From: an uncultured Clostridia bacterium
GTDB taxonomy: Bacteria; Bacillota; Clostridia; TANB77; CAG-508
Direction of reading: 5' to 3'
Length of the DNA stretch: 64,000 bases
NCBI GenBank assembly: GCA_963556825.1
Contig: CAUWAM010000005.1
Span: 2,609 to 66,608, forward strand
Part shown: piece after piece, positions 39,106 to 48,903 of the stretch
Numbering within the stretch: position 1 is the stretch's first letter
How the letters are laid out: each line of letters begins with the position of its first letter
The notes under the pieces: generated by a model
Told to the model about the DNA's origin: nothing
What the model saw: the letters and a program-made list of their open reading frames with translations, nothing else
Database searches by the model: none
Position numbers and translations under genes: made by a program

Positions 39106-40279
39106 ATATGTCTCTTAAATTTCTATATTTAATATAAACAAATATAGATCCGCTTATTAGTAAAATTATTGTAGAAATTAACCCAATTCCCAAACCTGCG
39201 TGTGGCAATTTTCCAGTTGCTATTGTATTGTCTTTTTTTTCATCTGTGACATTATTATTTGTTGTTCCATTATTATTTGAATTTCCATTATCAGGAGTAT
39301 TTGTTTCTGGATTGTTATTATCTTGATTATTGTTATTAGAAGCTTCAATTACTGAAACTGTACATGTAGCTTTTTTATTACCGTCTTTTGATGTAGCAGT
39401 GATTGTTGCGGTACCTTCTGATATTGCCATTACTTTTCCGTTTTCAACCTTAGCTACAGCTTCATTATCACTTGACCATACAACTAATTTATTAGTTGCG
39501 TCAGAAGGGTTTATTGTTGCTACTAAAGTATAATTGTCGCCTTCAGTTATAGTTAATGATGTTTTATCTAAACTTATTGATTCAACTAAAATTTCTGTTG
39601 GTTTTGTTCCTGACATAGTATATGTTGCTTCATCATAGGATATTGTTCCATCGGAACTAACCAATTTTGCCCATACTGCAAATGCTTTATCCCCAGAGAA
39701 TTGAGATAAATCTATTGAAAAATTTCTATCTTTTGTTTTAATCCAGTTGCTTTCAACATAGTTTGGGACTAATTTTTTTATATTATTATTTATTTCTTCA
39801 GATTTAGTTTTATATTCTGATACTTTTTTATTATATTCTGATACTTTATTTTGGTAATTTGTTTTTGCTGTTTCATATGCTGTTTTTGCAGTTGCTATTT
39901 CTTCATCACTAGCACCATTTTCAGTTTTTGATTTCCATGTATCAAATGCTTTGTCATAACTAGATTTTAAATTATCACATTCTGCATCTAATTTTTTTAA
40001 TTCTCCATCTAATGCATCTAAAGTTGTTTTACCATTATTCTGTATTTCTTGCATTTTCATATAATTGGCATTTGGTATTTCAACTGCTTGATAATATAAT
40101 GAATATCCTGTTTGGGATTTATCTATTGATATTGTTCCTTCTCCATTTGAGATAAGCCAAGGAAATGATATCAATTTTTCTGGATCTAAATCAACAGAAT
40201 GAGCATTAACATTGCTAAAAGGTATAATGTTAATACATAATATTAAAAATAATATAAATAATACTTTTGTTTTTTTCAT
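39104..40279 (-). CDS. cell-wall-anchored surface protein: coiled-coil region, Big_2 Ig-like domain, Asn-rich stalk, LPHAG sorting signal
   Basis: Start is at MKKTKVLFILFLILCINIIPFSNVNA (signal peptide; RBS aaaggaa). Big_2 segment: ISLDKTSLTITEGDNYTLVATINPSDATNKLVVWSSDNEAVAKV. C-terminus is KLPHAGLG + TM + KYRNLRD. Confidence 0.8.
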   Translation of the reverse strand: MKKTKVLFILFLILCINIIPFSNVNAHSVDLDPEKLISFPWLISNGEGTISIDKSQTGYSLYYQAVEIPNANYMKMQEIQNNGKTTLDALDGELKKLDAECDNLKSSYDKAFDTWKSKTENGASDEEIATAKTAYETAKTNYQNKVSEYNKKVSEYKTKSEEINNNIKKLVPNYVESNWIKTKDRNFSIDLSQFSGDKAFAVWAKLVSSDGTISYDEATYTMSGTKPTEILVESISLDKTSLTITEGDNYTLVATINPSDATNKLVVWSSDNEAVAKVENGKVMAISEGTATITATSKDGNKKATCTVSVIEASNNNNQDNNNPETNTPDNGNSNNNGTTNNNVTDEKKDNTIATGKLPHAGLGIGLISTIILLISGSIFVYIKYRNLRDI

Positions 40280-40680
40280 AAAATAAATTCCTTTCTTTAA
40301 ATTATATTTTATTGATTCATTTGTATAAAATCTTACAATAATTTTATTATAAAATTTTGGAAAAATCAAGAGATTATTACTAATTTCGTATGAAATTATT
40401 CTTGAATTATTATAGATATTGATTTTGAAAAAATATATAATATAAATGTTAAAAAAATAAAAATTTATATAGGAAAAAATAAATATGGGAAAAGGAATAG
40501 ATATAGATGTTATGTTTTTATGCAAATTATAATGAAAACTGTACAGGGATTGGACAAGTTACAGAAACAATGTATCAATTTATTACTGTAAATGCGATGT
40601 TTCATAAAATTTTGTAATAGATAAAAAAGAAAAGTTTTATAAAAAATATCAGGTTAAAATTTAATTTTAACCTGATATTT

Positions 40681-40757
40681 TGGTGTAGCTGATAGGACTT
40701 GAACCTACAACCTTCTGGTTCGTAGCCAGATACTCTATCCAGTTGAGCTACAGCTAC
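40681..40757 (-). tRNA. tRNA-Arg (ACG)
   Basis: Hand-folded cloverleaf: acceptor GTAGCTG/CAGCTAC, anticodon loop CTACGAA, TTCAAGT T-loop, encoded CCA. Confidence 0.85.
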
Positions 40758-40958
40758 ATATATTTTTCAACTTGAATAAGTATAACATAGATTTAAAAAA
40801 TATACAACTAAGATATTGATATATACACTATATTATAATTGCTTTTATTATAATTTTCAAGATGTTTTATAATATTTTATAAAAAAATTTACAAAAATTG
40901 TTGCAAAACTATAAAATATGTGCTATTATATATAAGCGTTGAGCAAAAAATAATATTT

Positions 40959-41034
40959 CGAGGCGTAGCGCAGTTGGTAGCGCGCGTGGTTTGGGACCAT
41001 GAGGTCGCAGGTTCGATCCCTGTCGCCTCGACCA
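40959..41034 (+). tRNA. tRNA-Pro (TGG); its 3' end is the attachment site of the adjacent mobile element
   Basis: Acceptor CGAGGCG/CGCCTCG, anticodon loop TTTGGGA, TTCGATC T-loop, encoded CCA. Confidence 0.85.
41023..41034 (+). repeat. attL core (tRNA-Pro 3' end)
   Basis: tcgcctcgacca, identical to 53613-53624. Confidence 0.7.
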
Positions 41035-41190
41035 AAAAAAGACTATTTTTAAGAGAATTCATAAGAATTCAAGAATAGTCAAAAGCATATAAAGTACTAT
41101 TTTCTAAGGAATTTAGAGAATAGTATTTTTTTATTTATTTTCAAAAATTCTTAAGAATTCTAAAAAAACCGAATATTTTATTCAGCAAAA

Positions 41191-41233
41191 TGTTCCGCAA
41201 AGATTTTTATAGTCAAAATTTGTGTTCCGCAAA
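41191..41233 (+). repeat. two direct copies of TGTTCCGCAAA (candidate integrase arm-type sites, left arm)
   Basis: Copies at 41191-41201 and 41223-41233, in the same orientation as the copies at 53528-53551. Confidence 0.5.
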
Positions 41234-41322
41234 TTTCTGCAAAAGAGTTTTTATTGATATATAGATACTTTCAGCAATTTTAAAACAAAAAATTTAAAAG
41301 AACTGAAAGGAGAACTATTGCT

Positions 41323-41883
41323 ATGAATTTTATACCTTACAAGGCTAATGAATGCCTTGAAAATACTTTTTACCAAATCCCAAAAGAACTATTTATAAAT
41401 CCAGCATATACAAAGTTAAGTTCAGATAGTAAATTACTATATGGCTTATTATTAGATAGATTATCAATTTCAATAAAAAACAACTGGGTTGATAAAGCTG
41501 GAAATATATATTTAATTTTTTCAAGAAAAGAGGCACAAGAAAAATTAAATCTATCAGACAAACCAGTTACAAAAGCTTTTAGACAATTAAACGAAGCAAA
41601 ACTAATACACGAAGTTAGACAAGGCTTTAAGAAAAACAATATCATATATGTTGGTAAATTAAATCATATTGATAATGATAAATTTATGAATCGTAAAATC
41701 TCCGATTCAGGAAACGGAAATAATACGAATCAAGAATCGGAGAATGTACGAAGTAATAAGAATAAATATAATAAAAATAAATCTAATAATATTTCAGACA
41801 CAAAAAAATCTTTTACAAATCACGAACAAAGACAATATGAAAATTTAGATTTTTTATATGCAAATAAAATATTTGAGAATTAG
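41323..41883 (+). CDS. RepA_N-family replication initiator-like protein
   Basis: FYQIPKELFINPAYTKLSSDSKLLYGLLLDRLSISIKNNWVDKAGNIYLIFSRKEAQEKLNLSDKPVTKAFRQLNEAKLI matches the RepA_N consensus. RBS aaaggag. Confidence 0.7.
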   Translation: MNFIPYKANECLENTFYQIPKELFINPAYTKLSSDSKLLYGLLLDRLSISIKNNWVDKAGNIYLIFSRKEAQEKLNLSDKPVTKAFRQLNEAKLIHEVRQGFKKNNIIYVGKLNHIDNDKFMNRKISDSGNGNNTNQESENVRSNKNKYNKNKSNNISDTKKSFTNHEQRQYENLDFLYANKIFEN

Positions 41884-41899
41884 AAAAGGAGAATTAAAA

Positions 41900-42295
41900 A
41901 TGGAACATATAGAATTAAAAGAAAAATTTATAGATGAAAAAACAGGAATTGAATATATAAGAAAAGGAGATTATTATTACCCTAATTTATATATTCCTAA
42001 AGCTCGTAGAAAAGGCAATATTGGAAAATATGGGTTAATGAGATTAAATTATATTAAGAAATATAAAAAAAACTTATACACCGATTTATTATTGAATAAT
42101 GAACTATCAAGTCATTTATTAGATATAGATGATGAATGTAAAAAAAGATTAGATGTTTTAATAAATCAAATAAAGAGGCAAGAAAATGTTACAGAAGAAT
42201 TAAAAGAAACTAATCAAATGGAATGGGTTGGTATGATGAATAATATAAAAAATCGTGCTGAAGAAATTGTATTTAATGAGATAATTTATAACTAA
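41900..42295 (+). CDS. tnpV: TnpV-family protein (as on Tn4451-type clostridial elements)
   Basis: GDYYYPNLYIP...IGKYGLMRLNYIKKYKKNLYTDLLLNNELSSHLLDID...TNQMEWVGMMNNIKNRAEEIV. Start is at the ATG after aaaggag. Confidence 0.7.
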   Translation: MEHIELKEKFIDEKTGIEYIRKGDYYYPNLYIPKARRKGNIGKYGLMRLNYIKKYKKNLYTDLLLNNELSSHLLDIDDECKKRLDVLINQIKRQENVTEELKETNQMEWVGMMNNIKNRAEEIVFNEIIYN

Positions 42296-42341
42296 AAATT
42301 AAAAGAACTGGTACAGAAATTCATATGTTTCTTAATCAATT

Positions 42342-42602
42342 CTATTTTAAATTATCAAAATATTCATCTGTTAAATCATTAACAGAAAGGCCAAAACATT
42401 TAGCGAAACCGCATAATTCATAATCAACAACAGTTCTTTTACCAACTTCAATATTATAAATAGCTTGTTTATGAATATCTATCCCAAGCAACATTAATTG
42501 GTCCGATAATTTTTGATATGACATCTTATTTTTTTCTCGATAATATTTAATTTTTGGGCCAACAACATTTAAGTTTCCATTAATTTTTCTTGAATTATTC
42601 AT
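42342..42602 (-). CDS. XRE-family helix-turn-helix regulator
   Basis: 86 aa. IKYYREKNKMSYQKLSDQLMLLGIDIHKQAIYNIEVGKR is a typical HTH_3 sequence. Confidence 0.75.
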   Translation of the reverse strand: MNNSRKINGNLNVVGPKIKYYREKNKMSYQKLSDQLMLLGIDIHKQAIYNIEVGKRTVVDYELCGFAKCFGLSVNDLTDEYFDNLK

Positions 42603-42722
42603 ATCTGCTCCTTGTAAAAATATGTATTTCTATTGATTTTATAATAAAAATTTGCTAATATATAAATACACGCATTTATAATGTGCAAAATAATAAAAAT
42701 TATTATTTATAAGGAGCAATGA

Positions 42723-42941
42723 ATGAAAAATAATGAAATGGTAGACAATTATAATTTAATAAATAAACTAATTAAAGATAACAAAATTAAGTTTGAATAT
42801 TATAATAATAAACAAGTTTCACTTGATTTAATTCAAATTTATCATAACCAAAACGATGATGCAATAGAACTAAAATTTAGAAATATTATGCAAGAATATC
42901 TTGATGAAATAAAAGAAATTACAAATAAAAATGAAAAATAA
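42723..42941 (+). CDS. hypothetical small protein
   Basis: 72-aa ORF with RBS aaggag, divergent from the XRE gene. No family recognised. Confidence 0.4.
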   Translation: MKNNEMVDNYNLINKLIKDNKIKFEYYNNKQVSLDLIQIYHNQNDDAIELKFRNIMQEYLDEIKEITNKNEK

Positions 42942-43039
42942 AATATACAAAAAGTTATACTTTTTCAGTATGTTTTGCACAAGTTTTTAGCAAAATGTGT
43001 ATAAGTATAGTTAGGAATTTGTGTGTTAGGATTTTTAAA

Positions 43040-43125
43040 GCAAGCGTCGCATTTTAACTCCCGTTAAAACACTGCTTGTCAATTTTAGATTAAAATTGAA
43101 AGATGGGGAATTCTTCCCCAAACCC
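43040..43125 (+). promoter_or_regulatory. candidate oriT (nested inverted repeats upstream of mobC-relaxase)
   Basis: Imperfect hairpin caagc..ttttaac-tccc-gttaaaa..gcttg (43042-43078) and hairpin ggggaa-ttc-ttcccc (43105-43119) in a non-coding stretch just 5' of mobC. Confidence 0.35.
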
Positions 43126-43203
43126 CTTAATAAAATATAAAATTTTTGAAACAGTCGTACAAAAAGTAAGGCTGTTTTTTTTCGTGAAAGGAGAATTTAA
43201 TTT

Positions 43204-43527
43204 ATGAGAAAAAGAAATATAAAAAAACAAATATGGATTGATACAAAAGAAGACGAATTATTAAAAAGAAAATCAAAAGAAGCAGGACTATCTGAAGCAG
43301 AGTTTATTAGAAGTTTAATTAAAGGTTATAGAATAAAAGCACAACCAACTGAAATAATAAAAGAATTTCAAAAACAATTATATGGAATTGCAAATAATAT
43401 AAATCAAATTGCTAGAATTTCAAATTCAAAATTTAGTACCTCACATGATGATTACGAAATTATCAATGAAATGTTAAGCAACTTTATTTTAGATTTTGAA
43501 AAGAAAGTTTATTCAAGAAAAAAGTAG
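43204..43527 (+). CDS. mobC: MobC-family relaxosome accessory protein (RHH)
   Basis: KEAGLSEAEFIRSLIKG...GIANNINQIARISN motif, immediately upstream of the relaxase. Confidence 0.75.
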   Translation: MRKRNIKKQIWIDTKEDELLKRKSKEAGLSEAEFIRSLIKGYRIKAQPTEIIKEFQKQLYGIANNINQIARISNSKFSTSHDDYEIINEMLSNFILDFEKKVYSRKK

Positions 43528-43537
43528 GAGGTGTTCC

Positions 43538-44818
43538 ATGGCTGTTACAAAATATAAAGTAATAAAGAAAAATTTAGAGGCAGTTATAAATTATGCAATG
43601 AACGGAGAAAAAACTGAAAATGGAATTTTAGTATCAGAATTAAATTGTTTACCTAAAACTGCATATAGTCAAATGATGCTTACTAAAAAGAACTTTCATA
43701 AAGAAGATGGAAGATTAGGTTATCACATTATACAATCATTTAATGGTAACGAGGTATCGCCAGAAAAGGCAAATCAAATTGGGATAGAACTTGCTCAAAG
43801 TTTATGGGGCGATAAATATCAAGTTGTGGTATGTACACATACTAATAAAGATAATGTTCATAACCACATTGTATTAAATTCAGTTTCATTTATAGATGGC
43901 TCAAAATATCACAATTCAAATGTAGATATAGCTTTAATAAAAGAAACTAATGATGAATTATGTATGAAGTATGGCTTGTCAGTTTTAGATACCTACAAAG
44001 CAAATAAAGAAAAACAAATTGCACGAAGTAGAATAGCAAACTACAACAGAAATTCAGGTAAAATGGAGCTTATAAAAAATGATATTGATGAGGCAATTAG
44101 CAAATCAAGAAAATATCAGGACTTTATAAATATTTTAAATAGTCAAGGCTATTATATAAAAAAAGGTGGATCATCTATATCAACGCCTTATTATAATAGA
44201 AATATAAGATTAGCAAGAGCTTTTGGAGATGAATATTCTGTTGAAAATATTAAAGCTAGAATATATAATTATGCAATTAAACCATCTGAAGAAAATAAAT
44301 ATAAAGTTAGAATTTATGATGGAGTGAAAATTGATAGTGAATTACTAAAAACATCACACTTTTATAGACTATATGTTCATTATTTATATGTGTTTGGAAA
44401 GTTGCCTGCTAAAATTCATTACGAAGAAAGAAGTGCAGAATATTATAAGGCTATCGAGAAAATGGATAAAATAAGTGAAGAAATTAGGTTTATTGGAAAA
44501 TATGATATTCAAAGTAAAAGTGATGTTGAAAAAATTAAAAGTGAACTTATAGAAAATGTTTCGAAACTAAAAGAAAATAAAGAAAAGCTATTAAAAGATT
44601 ATATTAAAGCTGATGATATTGATAAAGAAAATATACAAACTAAAATTGAAAATATTACTGTTAAAATAACTAAAATAACAGAAGATATTAAGATTTGTAA
44701 AAGAATTATTTATAATGCTGAAAGAGGAGAAAAAGAACAAAAACAGATAGAGCAAAGGAAAAATGAGAATTTACAAAATAGTAAAAAAGATGTGAAAAAA
44801 AAAGAATATATTAGGTGA
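43538..44818 (+). CDS. MobA/VirD2-type relaxase (mobilisation nuclease)
   Basis: His-triad motif HTNKDNVHNHIVLN, with LGYHIIQSF upstream. The ATG is preceded by aggagg. The C-terminus is a long coiled coil. Confidence 0.8.
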   Translation: MAVTKYKVIKKNLEAVINYAMNGEKTENGILVSELNCLPKTAYSQMMLTKKNFHKEDGRLGYHIIQSFNGNEVSPEKANQIGIELAQSLWGDKYQVVVCTHTNKDNVHNHIVLNSVSFIDGSKYHNSNVDIALIKETNDELCMKYGLSVLDTYKANKEKQIARSRIANYNRNSGKMELIKNDIDEAISKSRKYQDFINILNSQGYYIKKGGSSISTPYYNRNIRLARAFGDEYSVENIKARIYNYAIKPSEENKYKVRIYDGVKIDSELLKTSHFYRLYVHYLYVFGKLPAKIHYEERSAEYYKAIEKMDKISEEIRFIGKYDIQSKSDVEKIKSELIENVSKLKENKEKLLKDYIKADDIDKENIQTKIENITVKITKITEDIKICKRIIYNAERGEKEQKQIEQRKNENLQNSKKDVKKKEYIR

Positions 44819-44857
44819 TATAAAACGAAAATAATAAAATAGGAACTCACAGAGTTC

Positions 44858-45340
44858 TTATTTTATTATTTTATGCTCTAAATTATAATCACCATTCATT
44901 AATTTCTCTTTAAGAAATTCAGGTCTAAAATCAAAATTGTTTAAAGATTCTATATCAAGCCATTCAAAATTATGAACTTTGATTTCTCCTTCATCATTTT
45001 CTACTTTTTCATAATTTTGTAATGAAATTTTATCAAAATTTTCAGGACTAACTATATAGTAAAAGCTCAATTCATGAGTTTGAAGCCCTTTCTTATCCAT
45101 ATAAAAATTTTCTACAATAGCTATTTCTTTATCGATAGAAACAGGTGTATCTATTTCTTCTAACATTTCTCTTAAAATAGCTGTTTGAGTGTCTTCTCCT
45201 AATTCAACATGTCCACCAGGTAGACAATAAGATACATTATTCTTCATTTTAATAGTTAAAATCTTATTGTTATAAATTACGATACCATTAACTCTATATT
45301 TAAACTTTTGTGTTTCATTTTTGAATTCAATATCTTTCAT
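44858..45340 (-). CDS. Nudix hydrolase (cargo)
   Basis: Nudix box GGHVELGEDTQTAILREMLEEID. Confidence 0.8.
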   Translation of the reverse strand: MKDIEFKNETQKFKYRVNGIVIYNNKILTIKMKNNVSYCLPGGHVELGEDTQTAILREMLEEIDTPVSIDKEIAIVENFYMDKKGLQTHELSFYYIVSPENFDKISLQNYEKVENDEGEIKVHNFEWLDIESLNNFDFRPEFLKEKLMNGDYNLEHKIIK

Positions 45341-45452
45341 TTACATTCCTCCCTATAAAATTTGGTATATTTTATCAAATTTTCAATTAAAAGTCAAAAA
45401 AATTTGTTTAACCCAATTAGTGTGTGATAAAATAACTATGGAGGTAAAAGGT

Positions 45453-45986
45453 ATGAATATAAATAATAAAATAACATGTATAACTATGTTTGACAAACAC
45501 AGTTTAGATAAAATTAATGCATATATAAACGATATTGATTTTAAATTATGCAAACTTAAATATGATGAAGAAAACAGAGAGGATAAAGATTTATTGCCAT
45601 TTCATTCAACAATATGTGTATGGAAAAATAAAAATTCTACAGAAATAAAAAAATTAATAGAATCAATTGATTTTTGTGAATTTAAAATGCAAATTATAGG
45701 AACACAAATAAAAGAATCTACTCAAGGTAGTTATAACCTATATTTTGAAATACAAAAGAGTGAAGAATTAAATAAAATACAAGAATTAATATATCAAAAT
45801 GAAAATTATAGAGTAGAAAAATATAAACCAAATGTATTTATTCCGCATATAACAATTCATATAGATAAGGATTTAAAAAAAATAATAAAATTACAAGAAA
45901 AAATAATGAAAGATTTTAAACCATTTGAAGTTAAAGTATGTAAAATTGGACTATATAAAATATATCCACCAAAAGAACTGGTATAA
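45453..45986 (+). CDS. 2H phosphoesterase superfamily protein (LigT/cyclic phosphodiesterase-like)
   Basis: 177 aa with two HxT/S motifs (FHSTI and PHITI) about 95 residues apart. Start is at the ATG after ggaggt. Confidence 0.6.
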   Translation: MNINNKITCITMFDKHSLDKINAYINDIDFKLCKLKYDEENREDKDLLPFHSTICVWKNKNSTEIKKLIESIDFCEFKMQIIGTQIKESTQGSYNLYFEIQKSEELNKIQELIYQNENYRVEKYKPNVFIPHITIHIDKDLKKIIKLQEKIMKDFKPFEVKVCKIGLYKIYPPKELV

Positions 45987-46091
45987 ATTGACAAAATAAG
46001 AAAAAAATGTTAAAATCTTATGTAAACAGTCACTGTTATAGAATGTTTTAATTAAAAGAATCTATTTAGCAAAACAGAAAGGAGGATACAA

Positions 46092-47873
46092 ATGGAAAAA
46101 TATCTAATTGTTTTAGATTTGGATGACACACTATTACATTCTGATAAAAGTATATCAGAGTATTCCAAATTTATTTTGAGAAAATGTCAAGACTTGGGGT
46201 GCAAAGTGGTAATTAATACAGCTAGAAGCCATATAAGAACTATTAATTTTGCAGAACAGGTGAATGCTGATTTTATTTGTTCGTTTAACGGAAACTTTGT
46301 TTGTGACAGATATGATAATATAATATATTATAATCCTATTTCAAATGAAGTATCTAAAAATGTAATAGAGGAATTAAGCAAACATACAAAAAACATAATT
46401 AATGAAGGCTTATATGGCTCTTTTTGTACTGACAAAAGCGATATTGATTTTGTAGATTCAAAATTCGCATCTATAAACTTTGTGAAAAATCTACAAAGTT
46501 GTAAGTTGATATTAAGATGTCAAGAAGAAAATTATGCGTCTATAAAGAGTATAATAGAAAAGTACAATTTATCTATAACCTTTTCAAGAGAGAAAAATAC
46601 AGCCAGGATTCTACCTTCTGGAACAGACAAATGGATTGGAATAGAACATATAAAAGAGTACTTAAAAAACGATTATAAAGTAATTGCATTTGGGGATGAT
46701 ATCACTGATTTGGAAACGTTAAAAAATGCAGATGTAGGCGTCAGAATGAAAAATTCTATTTCAGAAATCATTGAAAATGTAAGTTTTTCTACATCTTCTA
46801 ATGATAATGATGGTGTAGCTGAATTTTTATGTCATTATTTTAATTTGGAACAAGAAAATATTGATTACAGTAATGTAAAAATATTAGATTGTTCATTAAG
46901 AGATGGCGGACACTTAAATAAATCCAATTTTGGATATGATACAATAAAGGGATTTATTGAAAAATTAGCTATGTCTAATACAGATATAATTGAGATAGGT
47001 TTTTTGCAGGACAGTGAATTTGATAAAAATATAGCAATCTATCCAACAGTTGCAAAAGCAGAAGAGATACTTAAAGATATTGATTGCAAGAATTCAATAA
47101 TTTCGCTGTTAACACAAGTAGACAAGTTCGATATTTCTAAGCTTGAAAAATGCTGTGGAAAGGTTAAGATGATAAGAGTATCTTTTCATAGCAATTTGAT
47201 TGATTTAGGAATGCAATATTGTGAAGAAGTAAAGAAAAAAGGATATTTATGTTCAGTAAATCCTATAAATTTTTCACACTATAACAAAGAAGAAGTAGTA
47301 AGTTTAATTTCCAAAGTTAATAAAATCAATCCAGATGTTTTTTCAATTGTTGATACCTTTGGTGTGTTGTTAAACAATGACTTTAGAAATAAGTTAAATC
47401 TTATTAATCATCTTCTTAATAAATCAATAAAAAGGGGGATTCATCTTCATGAAAACGTCAATTTAGCCTTTTCATCTGCACAAACATTAATTCAAACAAA
47501 TGCAATTGATGAAGAAGTTATCATTGACACTTCTGTATCAGGTATAGGTAGAGCTCCAGGTAATTTAAAGACAGAATTTATGGAGTACTACATAAACCAG
47601 TTGATGAGAAAAGAAAGATATTCAATGGATTCAATCTACTCATTGATGGAAAATGAAATACCAATTTTGAAAAATGAACTTGATTGGAATAATTATTTTG
47701 CATATGGAATTACAGCATTTGAAAAAACACATAGAACATATGCAGAATATCTGATGAACAAGGGACTTTCTTTATTAGAAATTGAAAAATTGATTAAACA
47801 GATTCCATATAAAAATAGAGGGAGATTTGATGAAAAGGTAATCGAAACAATTTATCAAGCCAGCAAAAAATAA
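46092..47873 (+). CDS. fusion protein: Cof-type HAD-IIB phosphatase (N) + DRE-TIM/HMGL-like aldolase-type domain (C)
   Basis: HAD motifs LIVLDLDDTLL, NTARS, FGDDITDLETL. The C-terminal half starts at ILDCSLRDGGH...IIEIGF, typical of the pyruvate carboxyltransferase / 4-hydroxy-2-oxoacid aldolase fold. Confidence 0.65.
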   Translation: MEKYLIVLDLDDTLLHSDKSISEYSKFILRKCQDLGCKVVINTARSHIRTINFAEQVNADFICSFNGNFVCDRYDNIIYYNPISNEVSKNVIEELSKHTKNIINEGLYGSFCTDKSDIDFVDSKFASINFVKNLQSCKLILRCQEENYASIKSIIEKYNLSITFSREKNTARILPSGTDKWIGIEHIKEYLKNDYKVIAFGDDITDLETLKNADVGVRMKNSISEIIENVSFSTSSNDNDGVAEFLCHYFNLEQENIDYSNVKILDCSLRDGGHLNKSNFGYDTIKGFIEKLAMSNTDIIEIGFLQDSEFDKNIAIYPTVAKAEEILKDIDCKNSIISLLTQVDKFDISKLEKCCGKVKMIRVSFHSNLIDLGMQYCEEVKKKGYLCSVNPINFSHYNKEEVVSLISKVNKINPDVFSIVDTFGVLLNNDFRNKLNLINHLLNKSIKRGIHLHENVNLAFSSAQTLIQTNAIDEEVIIDTSVSGIGRAPGNLKTEFMEYYINQLMRKERYSMDSIYSLMENEIPILKNELDWNNYFAYGITAFEKTHRTYAEYLMNKGLSLLEIEKLIKQIPYKNRGRFDEKVIETIYQASKK

Positions 47874-47885
47874 AGGAGGATTACT

Positions 47886-48890
47886 ATGTGGTTAGAAAAG
47901 TATGTAAAAGAGGTTGGGATTGAAACAGATTATCCAAAATTTAATGGAGAAGAATGTATCTACATCGACCTTAAAACAACGGATTTATTTTTGGCACAGT
48001 ATTTTAATGGTGAATTCAATGCCTTAGATATTGTAGTTAAATATTTAGCAATTGAAAATTACTACAATAAGAACGACTTCGGCTTTGAATTATATCGGAA
48101 AATGCAGTTAAAGCGAGTTGGTGAAGATTGGAATGAAAGATTTGTGAATTTGATAAGATCGTTTGAAAAGGGAATCGATATGGATTCTTGGATTAAGACG
48201 GATTTATCTTATTCCATTCACGATGGAGCACACAGAGTTGCATTAGCACTTTATCACGATTATGAAGATATACCTGTAAGAGTCTTCAATGTAAATATTC
48301 AAAGAAGATATTATGGTATTGATTGGTTTAGAGAAAATGACTTTTCTGAATCAGAAATAGCAATTATTAAAGGAAAATTGGAAGAATTGCTTTCCAAATG
48401 CAGAAAGCCATATTATTGTATTTTATGGACACCAGCAAGATATCAGTTTAACAATATTATAAACTGTCTCGAAAAAGTTGAAGAAGGAGTTCATATCATT
48501 AATATGGAAAAAGTTAGTCTTACAAATGAAGATTTAAAAAAATTCATATATGATATATATGAAACAGATGATATTATGAAATACAAATTGGATCTCAAAT
48601 ATCAGCATATGATGCTCTCTCTTGAGGCTGACAATTATAGTGAACAGTTATTTGAAATTTGCGTAATTGAACTTAAATTTGATAATCCTGACTTTAGACT
48701 TAAACCGTTAAGTGGACTTCCACAGTCAAAAGCAACAATGAGGGTCAAGAAGAAAATCAGAGATTTGTTCAAAGATAAAATAACAGATTATTATTATGAC
48801 ATCATTATGCACTTAACAGACAATCAGATACAAAATGATGATGTCAAAAAAATAATAAAAGTTGCAAAAAACAACACAAAAACATTTTAA
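47886..48890 (+). CDS. hypothetical protein with ParB/Srx-like motif
   Basis: 334 aa. SIHDGAHRVALALYH resembles the DGxHR signature of the ParB/sulfiredoxin fold. RBS aaggagg. Confidence 0.4.
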   Translation: MWLEKYVKEVGIETDYPKFNGEECIYIDLKTTDLFLAQYFNGEFNALDIVVKYLAIENYYNKNDFGFELYRKMQLKRVGEDWNERFVNLIRSFEKGIDMDSWIKTDLSYSIHDGAHRVALALYHDYEDIPVRVFNVNIQRRYYGIDWFRENDFSESEIAIIKGKLEELLSKCRKPYYCILWTPARYQFNNIINCLEKVEEGVHIINMEKVSLTNEDLKKFIYDIYETDDIMKYKLDLKYQHMMLSLEADNYSEQLFEICVIELKFDNPDFRLKPLSGLPQSKATMRVKKKIRDLFKDKITDYYYDIIMHLTDNQIQNDDVKKIIKVAKNNTKTF

Positions 48891-48903
48891 GGAGGGCAAC
48901 ACT

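Noticed and set aside
40280-40525. 82-codon N-terminal extension of the Big_2 surface-protein ORF.
   Set aside because: The translation is an Ile/Phe/Tyr/Asn-rich artefact of AT-rich promoter DNA. The real start, MKKTKV..., has an RBS and a classic signal peptide.
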